From NCBI GenBank assembly GCA_020184695.1, contig JAANOX010000259.1, positions 1-64,000 of the forward strand: a DNA stretch of 64,000 bases, read 5' to 3'. This document shows, one piece after another, positions 35,130 to 47,557 of this stretch. Each line of letters opens with the position of its first letter. The first letter of the stretch is position 1. This DNA is from Histomonas meleagridis 2922-C6/04-290x. Lineage: Eukaryota > Protista > Parabasalia. Below the pieces are notes generated by a model. It had not been told where the DNA came from. It made no database searches and saw only the letters and a list, made by a program, of their open reading frames with translations. The position numbers and the translations under genes were made by a program.

Positions 35130-37433
35130 ATGATTTTCTTTCCTCTTCTTGCTTCTCTATCGATCAAAGAAATTCATTTTCCACCTCCCCCGCAACTAAA
35201 GTTTGATATTTCTGCAAATTCAGCAGTTTCGAATGATGACTTTTCAATTATATCACTCATCCCAGGATCGAACCATATCATAATCTCTGATAATCAGATT
35301 GAGATCAAACTCTCTGCTGAGAGAGGAAGCATTACGTATGGGTGCAAAGATTTTCTCTATTTGCGCCAATTAGAACAAGGAGATAGTGAAATTACAATTG
35401 AAACAAAAGGAAATAATTCGCCTACTGTACCAATTCTATTGATTGAATTTAACAAAGAGACAACTGTACGCCTATCATCAAATTTCACATCTCCAGTATT
35501 TTATCTCGCAGGCTGCTCTCGGCCTGTAACAATAGAATCAACTAATGAAAAGGCGTTTGTTGGTTTGTCCACTTATCTTTCTCATGATTCAACAGTTATC
35601 CTTAATAACGTCGATCTCTATGTCGATTATCCAAATTATTATGTTGGCTCATTACAACTTATTTCTTCTTCAATTGTTACGCCAAATAACGAAAGCCTTA
35701 CAATAGGTACTCTTTGTTGTGACATCACTACATTAACGAAAATTCCATCATCAGTTACTCCATTACTCATTGACATTGAAGATGTATCATCTTTAGACAT
35801 ACCAATTACAATAGACCTCAAACCAAATTCGACAGCTTCACTCGTGTTAACAGCCCAGATGCAGAACGTTACATTCGGCAGCAGTGAAGTCACAATCGAT
35901 GGCAAACAAAGCATAACGTTCACTGGGAGGTATCCATCAAACGTTGTCTATTTCATGCAGAATTCATTAAGTTCTTCAGTCATTAACTTAGGTCTTCTTA
36001 ATGAATCACATCGATATCCACAAGTTGTATGTGAATTTACTAAATCATCGACTGTTAACTTTCTTGATACTGGTGATTGGAGTTATGCTTATAATGAATC
36101 CCCAATATTTATAGCTAAAACTACATCAGAACTACAAATTAATGGTGTTATCACTAATACATCAACAGGAGTTTATGTTAATGAAGGAGGTAGTGTTTCG
36201 TTAACATCAAATGTAACTACAATTGGTTTATCAATTCTTGTAATTAATTCAAGTCAACAAAATACAATTAATTGTAATGCTCTTTATCTTCATGAATTAG
36301 TTTTATCTGAAACATCTGATTTAACATCTGTAAATGATTGTAATGTTTATGTCGATAAAACATTTTCAACTTCAATTTCTACAATTGAACGTTTAAGGTC
36401 AAAAGGATTTAATTTTAATGTTAAAGCAAATGAAATTATATTATATGGATCACCACGAAATTATAATCATGAGTTTAGTTACGGATTATATAATGAGTCA
36501 ATACTTGAATTAAATGAATTACCTGAAAATAGTATTTTAAGTTTTACTAAAAGTGAATTATTATATACTATGAAAGATATAACTAATGAAGTTAAAATTA
36601 ATAATTTTAATGATTTTTCAAATATATTTTTGAACGGTAATAAAGTAACATTAAGAAAACTTGAATTAGAGAATTATATATTAACATTTAATAATGAATT
36701 AGAAATCGAATGTAATATTACACTTAATAAATTAAGTAAAATACATAGTAATGAACTAGGAAATATATTATTTGGTAATAACATTGAAATAAATTTGGAA
36801 TATACTACAGATATTGTACCAATTATTGAAATAGATAATAATATAACAAATGTTAATAATCCGTCAATGATAAAATTAATTCATAATGGCGAAAAAGAAG
36901 AATTTAAAGAAAATATAACAAAAAATGTATTTTGCGCAAGAAATTTAAGTTGTGAAACATATGAACCTTTGTTTGATATTGGTGATTCACCTTTTAATGA
37001 TGATCAAAATGTTGTTTTTGTTGGTCATTGTATTAAATCAGAATTATTAACATGCTTAGGATTTGATGCTTATTATTATGACCCTTATATTTCATCAACG
37101 ACATCATCATCAGAAGAAGAAACAGCAATTTCGATAATAACAGAAGAAACTATGACTTATACTGAAGAAACGACTTCTTACACAGAAGAAAAAACTTCGG
37201 CTTCAAGTGTAATTACAACTGGAATAACACCTTTTACGACTTCTGATGAATCTGAAAATAGTGGAACAAATTGGTCAAAAATTGCGGTATATATTTGCGT
37301 TGGACTTATTGTTGTTTTAGTTGTATCTGGTGTGATTTTGGGTGTTTATTTATATTGTAAGAAGAAGACTAATAACGATGATAGTGTAAATGAAGATATG
37401 AAGGAAACAATGCTCGACGATAATGTTTTTTAA
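35130..37433 (+). CDS. Type I membrane (surface) protein of unknown function
   Basis: Signal-like N-terminus, Asn-rich beta-like ectodomain, Ser/Thr/Glu stalk, TM IAVYICVGLIVVLVVSGVILGVYLYC, short acidic tail. Confidence 0.8.
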   Translation: MIFFPLLASLSIKEIHFPPPPQLKFDISANSAVSNDDFSIISLIPGSNHIIISDNQIEIKLSAERGSITYGCKDFLYLRQLEQGDSEITIETKGNNSPTVPILLIEFNKETTVRLSSNFTSPVFYLAGCSRPVTIESTNEKAFVGLSTYLSHDSTVILNNVDLYVDYPNYYVGSLQLISSSIVTPNNESLTIGTLCCDITTLTKIPSSVTPLLIDIEDVSSLDIPITIDLKPNSTASLVLTAQMQNVTFGSSEVTIDGKQSITFTGRYPSNVVYFMQNSLSSSVINLGLLNESHRYPQVVCEFTKSSTVNFLDTGDWSYAYNESPIFIAKTTSELQINGVITNTSTGVYVNEGGSVSLTSNVTTIGLSILVINSSQQNTINCNALYLHELVLSETSDLTSVNDCNVYVDKTFSTSISTIERLRSKGFNFNVKANEIILYGSPRNYNHEFSYGLYNESILELNELPENSILSFTKSELLYTMKDITNEVKINNFNDFSNIFLNGNKVTLRKLELENYILTFNNELEIECNITLNKLSKIHSNELGNILFGNNIEINLEYTTDIVPIIEIDNNITNVNNPSMIKLIHNGEKEEFKENITKNVFCARNLSCETYEPLFDIGDSPFNDDQNVVFVGHCIKSELLTCLGFDAYYYDPYISSTTSSSEEETAISIITEETMTYTEETTSYTEEKTSASSVITTGITPFTTSDESENSGTNWSKIAVYICVGLIVVLVVSGVILGVYLYCKKKTNNDDSVNEDMKETMLDDNVF

Positions 37434-37766
37434 GGCTTAATTAATCATTAAAAAAGATGTTTTTATTCTTTGTTTGATGTATTTGGGTTTTGTTCTTTTT
37501 TGTTTTCTTTTTGAAGTCGAAGTGTTCTGAATAAAACTGATTCTTTATCATTTGTAATAATACCAGCACAATTTGTAAAAGGAATAACAACTGGCTCTGG
37601 ATTAATTTCTATCGGATACCATTCTTTTATGATGTTTGGGCTTTTATCACACATTATTTAATTAGTTTTGATGCATTATAAATCATTCAATTTTGAACGA
37701 TAAGTTTTTGATGCGACAATCAGCTCAAGAAAACATGAAAAAAGAACGCACATTTAGTTTACTCTC

Positions 37767-38561
37767 TTATGGTTGCATATAAGGGTTATCAAAATCATCG
37801 TTATTCGTATTGTATGGCTGAGCAAAAGACATTTTTTGCATTTCTGGCCCTGGTAATTGATCTTGTACAGGCATTGGCGCAGGCATAGGAGAAGGTGCCG
37901 GCATGGCCTGTTGATGTTGTTGTGAATGCTTTGAGTGATGTGATGTCTTTTTTTCTAATTCTTGAGTTAATAAATTAACTTGATGATACTTTACGAAGCA
38001 CCAACAAAATAGCACAAAAACAAGAACTCCGAGTATAACAATTCCAACAATGTATGGTATTGTACTCGGATTGCTTGGTTGGTCAATAATGTTGCAAATT
38101 TGAAATCCTTTTATAGTACTAAAACCACCAAAATTTTGGCCATCATAATAAGTTGGAACAGTAATGAGTAAACTTGAGGATGCGCCAGAAAAAGCATTTT
38201 GTCCAATTGTTGGTTCAGATTCACCAAAGAAATGAACGCAGACCAAATTTGGGCATGCGCTAAACGCCCCTGACCCAATGTAACTGATGTTATTTCCAAG
38301 TGAAACAGCTTTTAAATTATTACATCCTTTAAAAGCATTGTCATGAATTATCCCAATAGAATCCTCAATTGTAACTTCTGTCAATTTTGCCCAATTGCTA
38401 AAAGCTTCATTCGCAATTTCGTAGTTACCTCTGCCAATGGTGAGAAGTTCTATACTAGCTTGATCATCCTCAGAAATTGAACTATCATCAATGATTCCTC
38501 TGTTATAAATTTTGCTAGTATGATAGTATTGTACACTAAACGCAAACAATGAAAAAATCAT
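37767..38561 (-). CDS. Small BspA-like (LRR_5) type I membrane protein
   Basis: EIANEAFSNWAKLTEVTI...IIHDNAFKGCNNL...YIGSGAFSACPNL; TM; Pro-rich tail ending DFDNPYMQP. Confidence 0.85.
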   Translation of the reverse strand: MIFSLFAFSVQYYHTSKIYNRGIIDDSSISEDDQASIELLTIGRGNYEIANEAFSNWAKLTEVTIEDSIGIIHDNAFKGCNNLKAVSLGNNISYIGSGAFSACPNLVCVHFFGESEPTIGQNAFSGASSSLLITVPTYYDGQNFGGFSTIKGFQICNIIDQPSNPSTIPYIVGIVILGVLVFVLFCWCFVKYHQVNLLTQELEKKTSHHSKHSQQHQQAMPAPSPMPAPMPVQDQLPGPEMQKMSFAQPYNTNNDDFDNPYMQP

Positions 38562-39344
38562 CTTTAAATTATGGCAACCAATTTTTTTTGAATGCCATAA
38601 CCGCAGCTCAGAGAACTGTGAAAAGTAACCGACGATAGAAAAGTTTTGAACTAAAAATAAATCACACAATTAAAATCTTTGTACATCACTTTTTTATTTT
38701 AAGATGTTTATGTATCAGTTCTCAAAAAAAAAAAAGTATCTTTTGACAGCACAGTAGACCGATAGAACGTTTTGATTGGTTTACATAGATCTACATTCAT
38801 TGCATTCTGAAATAGAACTTAATTGTTCTCATATTCAATAAATTTCAAGAAAACTCTGTATAGACATGGTTTTTTACGACACAATAATATAGTATTAACT
38901 CAAATTACCATGTTATATGACTAAATAAATAACAAATTATTTTTATATTCATATAAATTAGTTAAAATGATTATATTAAATATATAAAAAATCAGTAATA
39001 ATTGATTGGGGTAAATTTTTTTGTCACACTAATTTTATACATATTGTAGAATCGAACATCAACCATTATAATGAACTGATAACAGTACCATCGTTCATAT
39101 AACCGTTAATATTTGAAAATAATTCCATCAATCGGTTTTCCCGATACTTTTTGTTTGTTTTTTAATCGGTGAATAGTAATTTATCGTTGTAAAAAACGAT
39201 AGGTAATACCAAAGAAATAATTCAATCAAAAATGTTCGGTAGAATGCATAATAATGAACATGCACTCTTATGATGGACATTCAATAAAAAGCATAATATT
39301 CATCATAATATAATATTAATAGAGTGTGTAAAAATAATGTGAGT

Positions 39345-39576
39345 AACAAGATTAATAATAACATATAATCTTAAACAAAAGATTAACAATATATGATTAA
39401 TACAATATAAGATTATCATCAATATAAGACTAACAATATATAAATAACACAATCTGATTAACAATATAAGAATAACAATATAAGATTAACAATATAAGAA
39501 TAACACAATATATGAATAAAAATATAAGAATAAAAATATAAGATTAACAATATTAGAGCAACAATATAAGATTAAC
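39345..39576 (+). repeat. Degenerate 14-bp minisatellite (AATATAAGAWTAAC)n inside the MULE
   Basis: Repeated aatataagattaac/aatataagaataac units. Confidence 0.8.
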
Positions 39577-39814
39577 GAATGTTTAGTAATATTACTTAGA
39601 GGACTAAAAATACCTTCAAATATTATAGCTGGAATAATATATAAAGTAAGATTTTCATCCATTGATGATGAATATGAAAGCCTGTGTAAATATATGGTTG
39701 ATAATAATGGAATATGTGTTTCATTTGATTATATTCATCCTGAACAAAAAATGCTATTAATATGTGCAATTTGGACTCAGACTGAGAAAGAATTAATTAA
39801 ACTTATTAAAGTTT

Positions 39815-41150
39815 GTGAATATAATTTTTTTTGATAGTACAGACCCTAAATTGAAAAATGGATGGATTGTAATACCTGTATATGTAATTGATTATAATAG
39901 ACACATTCTTTCAGGTGGCTTTTGCTTCTTAGCATTTGAAACTGATGAAACAATTTCATTACTTCTATCTCAGATTTTTACTCCCGATATTGCAGAAGAA
40001 AACGTTGTAATAATTACTGATGAAGATCAATTTTATAGAAGTCCAATAGCAGATATGAATCATTCTCCATATCATGTTTTTTGCGCTATTCATAAAAAAA
40101 ATTTCGATCGACATCTTAAAGAAAGCGATATTAACAAGTTCGAAAAACTTGAAGCAAAGAATTTGATTACTAAAATTTGTTATTCAACTAACAAAATAAA
40201 TATTGACAATTGCTTTTCATTTTTGTTTCAATTAAAAGATGCGCAATTGGTAAATTATATAAGAAAAATTCATAATGATAAAAATTATTTTTGTGAAGCT
40301 TTCATCCAAAAATGCACACTTGTCTACAATACTTCTTCAGTTGCTGAATTTATAAATCGAATAATCAAGTCTGATACAAAAATAAAAAAAATGTTTTTGG
40401 CGGAATTTCGTAGAAATTACAACCGTTCTCTGAAAAGATCATATAGAAATGCTCAAATTTTTGATTCAGAATTATTATGTCCAATTACTTTCCCTTTCTT
40501 AGATATTACCCATAATGCTTTTAAGATATGTGTTATTGAGATATTTACACATATTTCAAAATCAAAAAATTACATCATCGTTGGTAATAATGAAAATAAT
40601 TATTTCGTTGCTCATAAAGAACAAGAATAAATGAAAAATGTTGTGGAAATTAATGAATCACATATTAATTGTACATGTGGTCAAAACATTGTGTATGGAA
40701 ACCCATGTCCACACATTATTTGTGTTATATTCACATTAAAATTAAATATTCCACATACAAATTTAATTCATCCACATTGGATAACTTTCGGGACATTACC
40801 TTCTATGACTATTGATCCTGAATCACTTTCGAAGTTAAGTAATTTTGATATAAAAATAGAATGACAACATTACCAGTAAACGCATCGAATGAACCTGAAA
40901 TGGCGGTCCCACGGAAGAAAGGGATAAAAAGAGAAGTCAAAACGAACCAGAAGTTATAAGTGAGGATTTCCCATCATGCAGAATATGTAAAAGTGAAGAA
41001 CACAGAGCAGAAAACTGTTCGATTTATAATTATTACATTCGGACAAAAAACAATTATTCCGTCCAAAAAATAAAAATAAATGTATAGTTTGTGACTCACG
41101 GGGTCATAATTCACAAACATGTGACGTAAGAAGAGGAGGAGTATTAGGAA
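39815..41150 (+). pseudogene. MULE transposase remnant with SWIM and CCHC zinc fingers
   Basis: ORFs 39815-40630 and 40631-40864, plus CRICKSEEHRAENC and CIVCDSRGHNSQTC; interrupted by stops. Confidence 0.75.
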
Positions 41151-41662
41151 TAAATGATGAAGTAATTTATATTTTTTAATGGAGATATATATCCAAATAA
41201 TATTGATGATATAATACTAGAAAAAAGTAATGAATATTCAATTCATTGAAATTTGTTCTGAATATATTCGATAATCAAAAATTTTCATCTTGAACTAAAA
41301 TGTTGGTATATTCATTATCTCCACGTAATGAATGTGTAACAATTGTTTGCTGACTGAAATGATCAACTATCATTGTCAACATTCCAAAAAAATGATTTTA
41401 GCGTCAATTAAATAATTTTCACAAAAACTTCATTGAATGTCGACGTTATCAAAATGACATATTGTTGAAATTTGGCTTTTACCGGGTAAATATTCGATAT
41501 AAACCAATCAAAAAGTTCTATCGGTTTACTGTGCTGCAGAACACTGTTCTATAACAAGACAAAAAAAAAGTGCAATTTTCATTTTTTTTTTATTATTGGT
41601 GAATTTGAAATAAATAATGTTTAAATGAATCTTTCGTTTATTTTATATATATTATTTTATTT

Positions 41663-44600
41663 TTATTTATTTCTTTTTTGGTATATCAAATAAAACGAAT
41701 AAATATCTTTAGCATTAATATCAATTCCTTCTTGTTCAAGAAGTAATTTAACTATTTCTGTATGACCATTATAAGATGCTATTATAAGTGCTGTATTAAA
41801 TAATTTGAATAATTTCCAAATATTACTTTGAAATAAAAAATTATTAAAATAAATTTTAAATAAAACAAATAAATATTTTTAGCATTAATATCAATTCCTT
41901 CTTGTTCAAGAAGTAGTTTAACTATTTCTATATGACCATTCCAAGATGCTATTATAAGTGCTGTTTGAAATAATTTAAATAATTTCCAAATATTATTTTG
42001 AAATAAAGAATTATTAAAATAAATTTTAAATAAAACAAATAAATATCTTTAGCATTAATATCAATTCCTTCTTGTTCAAGAAGTAATTTAACTATTTCTA
42101 TATGACCATTTTCAGATGCATAAATAAGTGCTGTTTTAAATAATTTAAATAATTTCCAAATATTATTTCGAAATTAAAATTTACTATAACAAATATTAAA
42201 TAAAACAAAAAAACATTTTTATAATTAATATTGATTCCTTCTTGTTCAAGAAGTAATTTAACTATTTCTGTATTGCCATATTTAGATGCTAAAATAAGTG
42301 CTGTATCAGATAACATGAAAAATTTCCAAATGTTATTTTGAAACAGAAAATTATTTAAACAAGTATTAAACAAAATATATAAACATCTTTAACATGAATA
42401 TCAATTCCATTTATTTTAATTAGTATTTCAACCATTTCATTGAAACCATATTTACATGCAAGCAAAAATGCTGTACAATATAACATGAGCAAATTCCAAT
42501 TGTTAATATGAAATATCAATTTGCTAAAATAAACTTTAAATGAAACAAATAAAACATTCTTCGTGCTGACATCGATTTCATTTTGTTCCAAAATATATTT
42601 AACAAGTTCAATGTTTCTTGTTTCTGATGAAATAAGTAATATATAGAGTGGTCAAAAAGTTCGTTCGTCTAATTTTTTTCAGTCAATCCATAAATTTTTT
42701 TTCTCAAAGTTGTTTATTAATGAATGTATTCTCCATGTGTCTCGATTACTGCAAAGAGCCTATTCATCCACTCATTGTACGCATTTTTTAATATTGATTT
42801 TGGTATTGAAGTTAATATTTCTTGGACTTTGTCAAAAAGCTCATTCTCGCTGCTGAATTCCATTCCCTCTAATAATTTCTTAAGGTAGCCGAATAGAAAG
42901 AAGTCAGAAGGAGCTATATCCGGTGAATAAGGGGGATGATCAAGTCTTTTAATTTTTAATTCTCTTAATTTTTCTGGTACATTGTGCGGTTTTGCGTTGT
43001 CCATGTGTAGGTATGTCCCTTTTGTCTGAATTTTTTTGTTCAAATCTTCGAGCACACAATTGGAAAATAACTTTTTGTTGAACTTACTGCCTTGAGGAAG
43101 CATGGTGATTGATTTCATTCCATTGATTCCCCATATTACTGATATCATCGCTTTCTTTGACCCAATTGTTTGCCTTGGTTTTGTTGGTATTTGTGCACCG
43201 GCTTCAATTCACATTGAATCTCTTCCATTTTTAAAGTAGATCCATGTCTCATCTTGAATTTATATTTTTGCTAGCTTCCTTTCCGATGCATTTGTAAGGA
43301 ATTCCAGTAAGATGCTGGCAATTTCAACTCTTTTTGCTTTCATTTGTTCGGTAAGAGCATATGGCACCCATTTAAAATTGACCTTTTTCATTGATAAATG
43401 CTTGATCAAAACCTTTTTGACAGTATTTTTGTTTTCCCCAATGTCTTTAGCAATTTTGCGAGTGCTTGCGTATGGATTGTGCAACAAATAATTTTGAATA
43501 ATAGGTATTAAATCTAATTTTTGGGGTCTACCACTTCTTGGAAGATCGTTTAACGTATTTCTTCCTTCTTTGAATTCTTTTGTTCTCTTCTGAACCGTTC
43601 TGAGAGTTATCGCTTTAGGACCATATGTGTCGAGTACTTCTTGATGTATGCTTTTGTTGTCATTGCCTTTTAGCCATAAATAATGAATTATGGCCGAATT
43701 TCTACCATACTGTTTAGCATTTGATTCTTAACGTACATTTTTAACGTACAATAAAATTTTCTAAAGCGCATAATTTTATATACATTGAATAAAACAAAAA
43801 ACATTCAAATAAAAAAATATTCTATACACTTTATATAATCCATATTTATGTTATTACATTCGATCACATAAGTATGTATAAAGAAAAGAGCTGGCGAACG
43901 AATTTTTTGACCACCCTATATTATTTGGAAGGCGTGGATATTCTTTATGAAAGTATTTGACAAGATATAAATTTCCATTTCGTGTTGCTTCACTAATAAT
44001 ATCATCGTTGATTTTCATTCCATTTTCCAGTAAAAATGTAAAAATCTCATAATTATGATATAAAATACATTCTTTTCCTAAATCAGTTAAGTTTTTAAAC
44101 CTTTTATTATTATTTTCATATAAATATTTAAATATATCATTTTTATGGAATTTAATTGCTATTTTAAATGATCCTTGAAATGATATATGATTTTGCTTAC
44201 ATAAATGAATAATTTCTTCATTTCCTCCTGCTACAGAAAATTTGCCTGTGTCTTTTAAATCTGCGCCATTTACAAGTAAATATTTAAAACATTTAATTGA
44301 TCCGAAAAATGCTGCATAATCAATTAATCTAACAATTTTATAATTTTCATTTATAATTGAACATCTTTCATAAAGTGATTTTGAAATTATTTGATTAAAA
44401 TTAAAATCATTTTGTGATGATATTTCTTGGAGTTTTTCTATTTCATCATTTCGAATTATTTTTGATATTTCATTTGGATTATGTCCTTCTTTAATTAATT
44501 GTTTATGAAGTTCCCAATCATTCTTTGATAGTTCTTCATAATTATCTAGGATTTGATCCTTAAAATCGGAATATTTAAGTTTTTTTATTTCTCTTTTTGA

Positions 44601-44951
44601 CATATAATGTGCAAAATATGGATTCTTTACGGTTTGAATGAAGTTTGGTTGAATAAAATTATGTTCAACCAAATTTTCAAGAAGATAAAATGATTCTTGT
44701 GTATTCTTTTTAATAAGAATATCTGTGAATATTTCGAAAAAGCTTGGGTTGACTTTTTTACTCGCTTCAAGTGCTTCAATTTCCTTTAAAAAATTTAAAC
44801 ACATATCAAAATCATAAATATTTGTAGCACACAAAGTATATAAAATTTGAGAAATAATTATGTTGCAAGATATTGGATGAATATTATCAAAATTGTTAAT
44901 TATTGAATTTGTTGATTTCATAAGATTTTTTCCATTCAAATCAAAAAACAT
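41663..44951 (-). pseudogene. DUF3447-type + ankyrin-repeat gene (locus B) disrupted by a mariner insertion; 5 intron-like spacers
   Basis: Removing 42644-43918 plus one TA restores EYPRLPNNILLISSETRNIELVKYILEQ in frame. Spacers at 42475-42555, 42305-42384, 42135-42214, 41965-42044, 41795-41874. Confidence 0.85.
42644..43918 (-). mobile_element. Mariner (Tc1/mariner) element, 1275 bp, 24-bp TIRs, TA TSD; transposase inactivated
   Basis: TAGRGTGGTCAAAAARTTCGTTCG TIRs flanked by TA. Transposase with RSGRP, WVPYAL, QDETW, HMDNAKPH and HPPYSPDIAPSDF; one frameshift and two stops. Confidence 0.95.
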
Positions 44952-45481
44952 CTTCTCGATTAATGTGAGTGTTTCCCATTCACTTTGAATTTGATTTTTT
45001 TTTTGGTGCTTTTAACAGGGATTTGCTCAGGATTTGTACTGAACGATATGTATTGAATTCGTGTCAATTTTCAAATTGGGTGTAAATAATGATGTTTGGT
45101 ACCCTCAACTTTCCACTGTGAAGACTTTCTAATGTAATTCTTGTTGAGACGTTGATTACGCTACTCATATTATGCATAAAAATTTTCGATAAATCTACCG
45201 ATTTTGTAGTAAACAATTATAGAAATCGAAAAATCACTCCAGAAATGTATCCAATTCATGAAGCAAGTTTATCCCTGAGCAATTCTACTTCTTTAACCTT
45301 TCCCCCACTAATTTGGTAAAAATTTTAACAATCGTATTTCCAATCACATGAATTTCTTTAGAAACAAGAACCTCAAGAAAAAGAACGATATTAATGTCAT
45401 GATTTCCTAACCCCTTTTGAATAAAAATTTGTTATAAAAATCATTTTCCCAATAATATTAAACTGGTGATAATCATCAAAG

Positions 45482-45537
<56 letters not shown>

Positions 45538-45552
45538 AAAAAAAAAAAAAAA
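45482..45552 (+). repeat. ~70-nt poly(A) tract with one T interruption
   Basis: Seen directly; lies 15 nt beyond the stop codon of locus C. Confidence 0.9.
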
Positions 45553-45567
45553 TGAAAAGTCATTTAT

Positions 45568-47295
45568 TCAAATGTTTTTATTGCTTGCTTCTTGTAGTAA
45601 TTTCACTATTTCTGTCTCACCTTTTGAAGAAGCAAACATAAGTGCTGTATTAAATTATTTGAATATTTTCCAAATTTAATTTTGAAATATAAAATTATCT
45701 AAACAAAAATAAAACAAAATAAATATATATTTTTAGCATTTAAGTCAATTCCTTCTTTTTCGAGAAGCAATTTAACCATTTCTGTGCTTTTGCCCATAGC
45801 TGCCCAAATGAGCGCTGTATAAAATATTTAGAAAAATTTCCAAATATGTCAATGAAATATAAAAAAACAGAAAAAAATTCTCTATAAAAAGAATAAATAT
45901 CATGAGCATTAACATCAATATCTTTTTGCTTAAGAAGTAATTTAGCTATTTCTGTTTTTTGATATTGGACTGCAAGAATAAGTGCTGTTTGCTGAAATGT
46001 TATGAAACATCGAATATTTTTTATAATCAGTATAAAATGATGAAAAAATATATCTCTAGTATTAACATCAAATCTATTTTGTTCGAGAAGGAATTTAACA
46101 ATTTCTAAATAACCACGTGAAGTCGCATATATTAGTGCTATATTAAAAAATTTAAATAATTTCCAAATATTATTTTGTAATAATATGTTACTAAAATAAA
46201 TTTGAAATAAAACAAATAAAAAATTTGAGTATTATTATCAATTCCTTCTTGTGATATTAGAAAATGAATAAAATAAATGTTTTTATTATCTATAGCATCA
46301 AAAAGAAATTTCTTGATTTCCATTCCTTCTTTCAATAAAAATGGCAAAAATTCATAATTGTTAAATTTCAAACATTTTTGCCCTAATTCCTCCAAATTAT
46401 TAATTTTTTCAATTTTATTTTCATAAAGATATTTAAAAATATCATTTCGATGAAATTCAATTGCTGCTTCATATGCATATTCAAATGTTGAATGATTTTG
46501 TTCACATAAATGAATGATTTCTAAATTTCCACCTGCAACTGCATATTTACCTGTGTTATTTACTTTTGCAGAATTCATAAGTAAATATTTAAAACATTTA
46601 ATTGATCCAAAGAATGCTGCATAATCAATTAATGAAACATATTCTTGATTAATAAATGAACATCTTTCATAAAGTGATGGTTCAATTGTTTGATCAAAAT
46701 CAAATTTTGTTTGTGATGTTATTTCTTGAAGTTTTTCTACTTCATCTTTTCGAATTATTTTCGCAATTTCATTTGGATTAACTCCTTCTTTAATTAATTG
46801 TTTGTGAAGCTCCCAATCATTCTTTGAAATTTTTTGGTAATTTTTTTTTATTTGTTCATAAAATAAATTTACATTTTTTTCACTAATAAATGGATCACGA
46901 TATGGCACACTGTCTATATTATACTTATCCTTCTGGATGTGAACAAAATATAAAGATTGAATTTTTTCTATCACGTCAAATGAAATTAAATTTTTTTCTA
47001 ACATGATCATTAAAACATAATATGATCCATCTTTTGAATAGGAATTCATTAAAATATCAATAAAAACATTTATAATATCTACATTTTTATCAATAAAATA
47101 TTTCCCAATTTTACATAACATATTTAAAACCAAATCTACATTCCCATGAGAATAGTAAAAAGAAAAAGCATTTCTACAAATCAAATTACAAAATAATGAT
47201 GGATTTTCACCATCAAATAAAGAAATAATTGTTTGAACTGATGATTCAACGTTGTCATCTTTTAAATTAAAGATTTCTTTCTCTAATGCTAACAT
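45568..47295 (-). CDS. DUF3447-type + ankyrin-repeat gene (locus C) with 4 intron-like spacers
   Basis: Open ORF from ATG 47295 to the first spacer. Spacers at 46142-46221, 45989-46051, 45819-45898, 45649-45728. Ankyrin units are stop-free; TGA at 45568. Confidence 0.8.
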
Positions 47296-47557
47296 TTTCC
47301 AAACTAACACAAATGCAATATTTATTTAAAAAGTTGACTGATTTGAGATAAAAGTGACGTCGGCAATATTTTTGATCAAAAAGTGGAAACACAAACCAGA
47401 AAAATTTGAAATAAAAGTGGAGCAATTCTTTCAAATTTTGAATAGTTAGAACAACCCTTTTTGGCGCCAAAGGTTTTGATATAACCGACTTAGCTGAATC
47501 ATTGCCAAAACGTTTACTTTTAATATTTGACAAGGTCAGTCTGACCATTTATTCTCC

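Larger units (their letters stand above)
38747..41536 (+). mobile_element. Degenerate Mutator-like (MULE) transposon with 37-bp TIRs
   Basis: CAGCACAGTARACCGATAGAACKTTTTGATTGGTTTA at 38747-38783 and inverted at 41500-41536 (2 mismatches). Internal MULE-type remnants (FFDST...ITDED...HVFCAIH), SWIM (CTC...PCPH) and two CCHC knuckles (40977-41018, 41081-41122). No TSD seen. Confidence 0.8.

Noticed and set aside
28104-46221. Using the CAG in ACA-GCA (Thr-Ala) as a canonical 3' splice site
   Set aside because: It would delete the conserved Thr of TAL, and pairing with the common GT at spacer position 9 gives an out-of-frame product.
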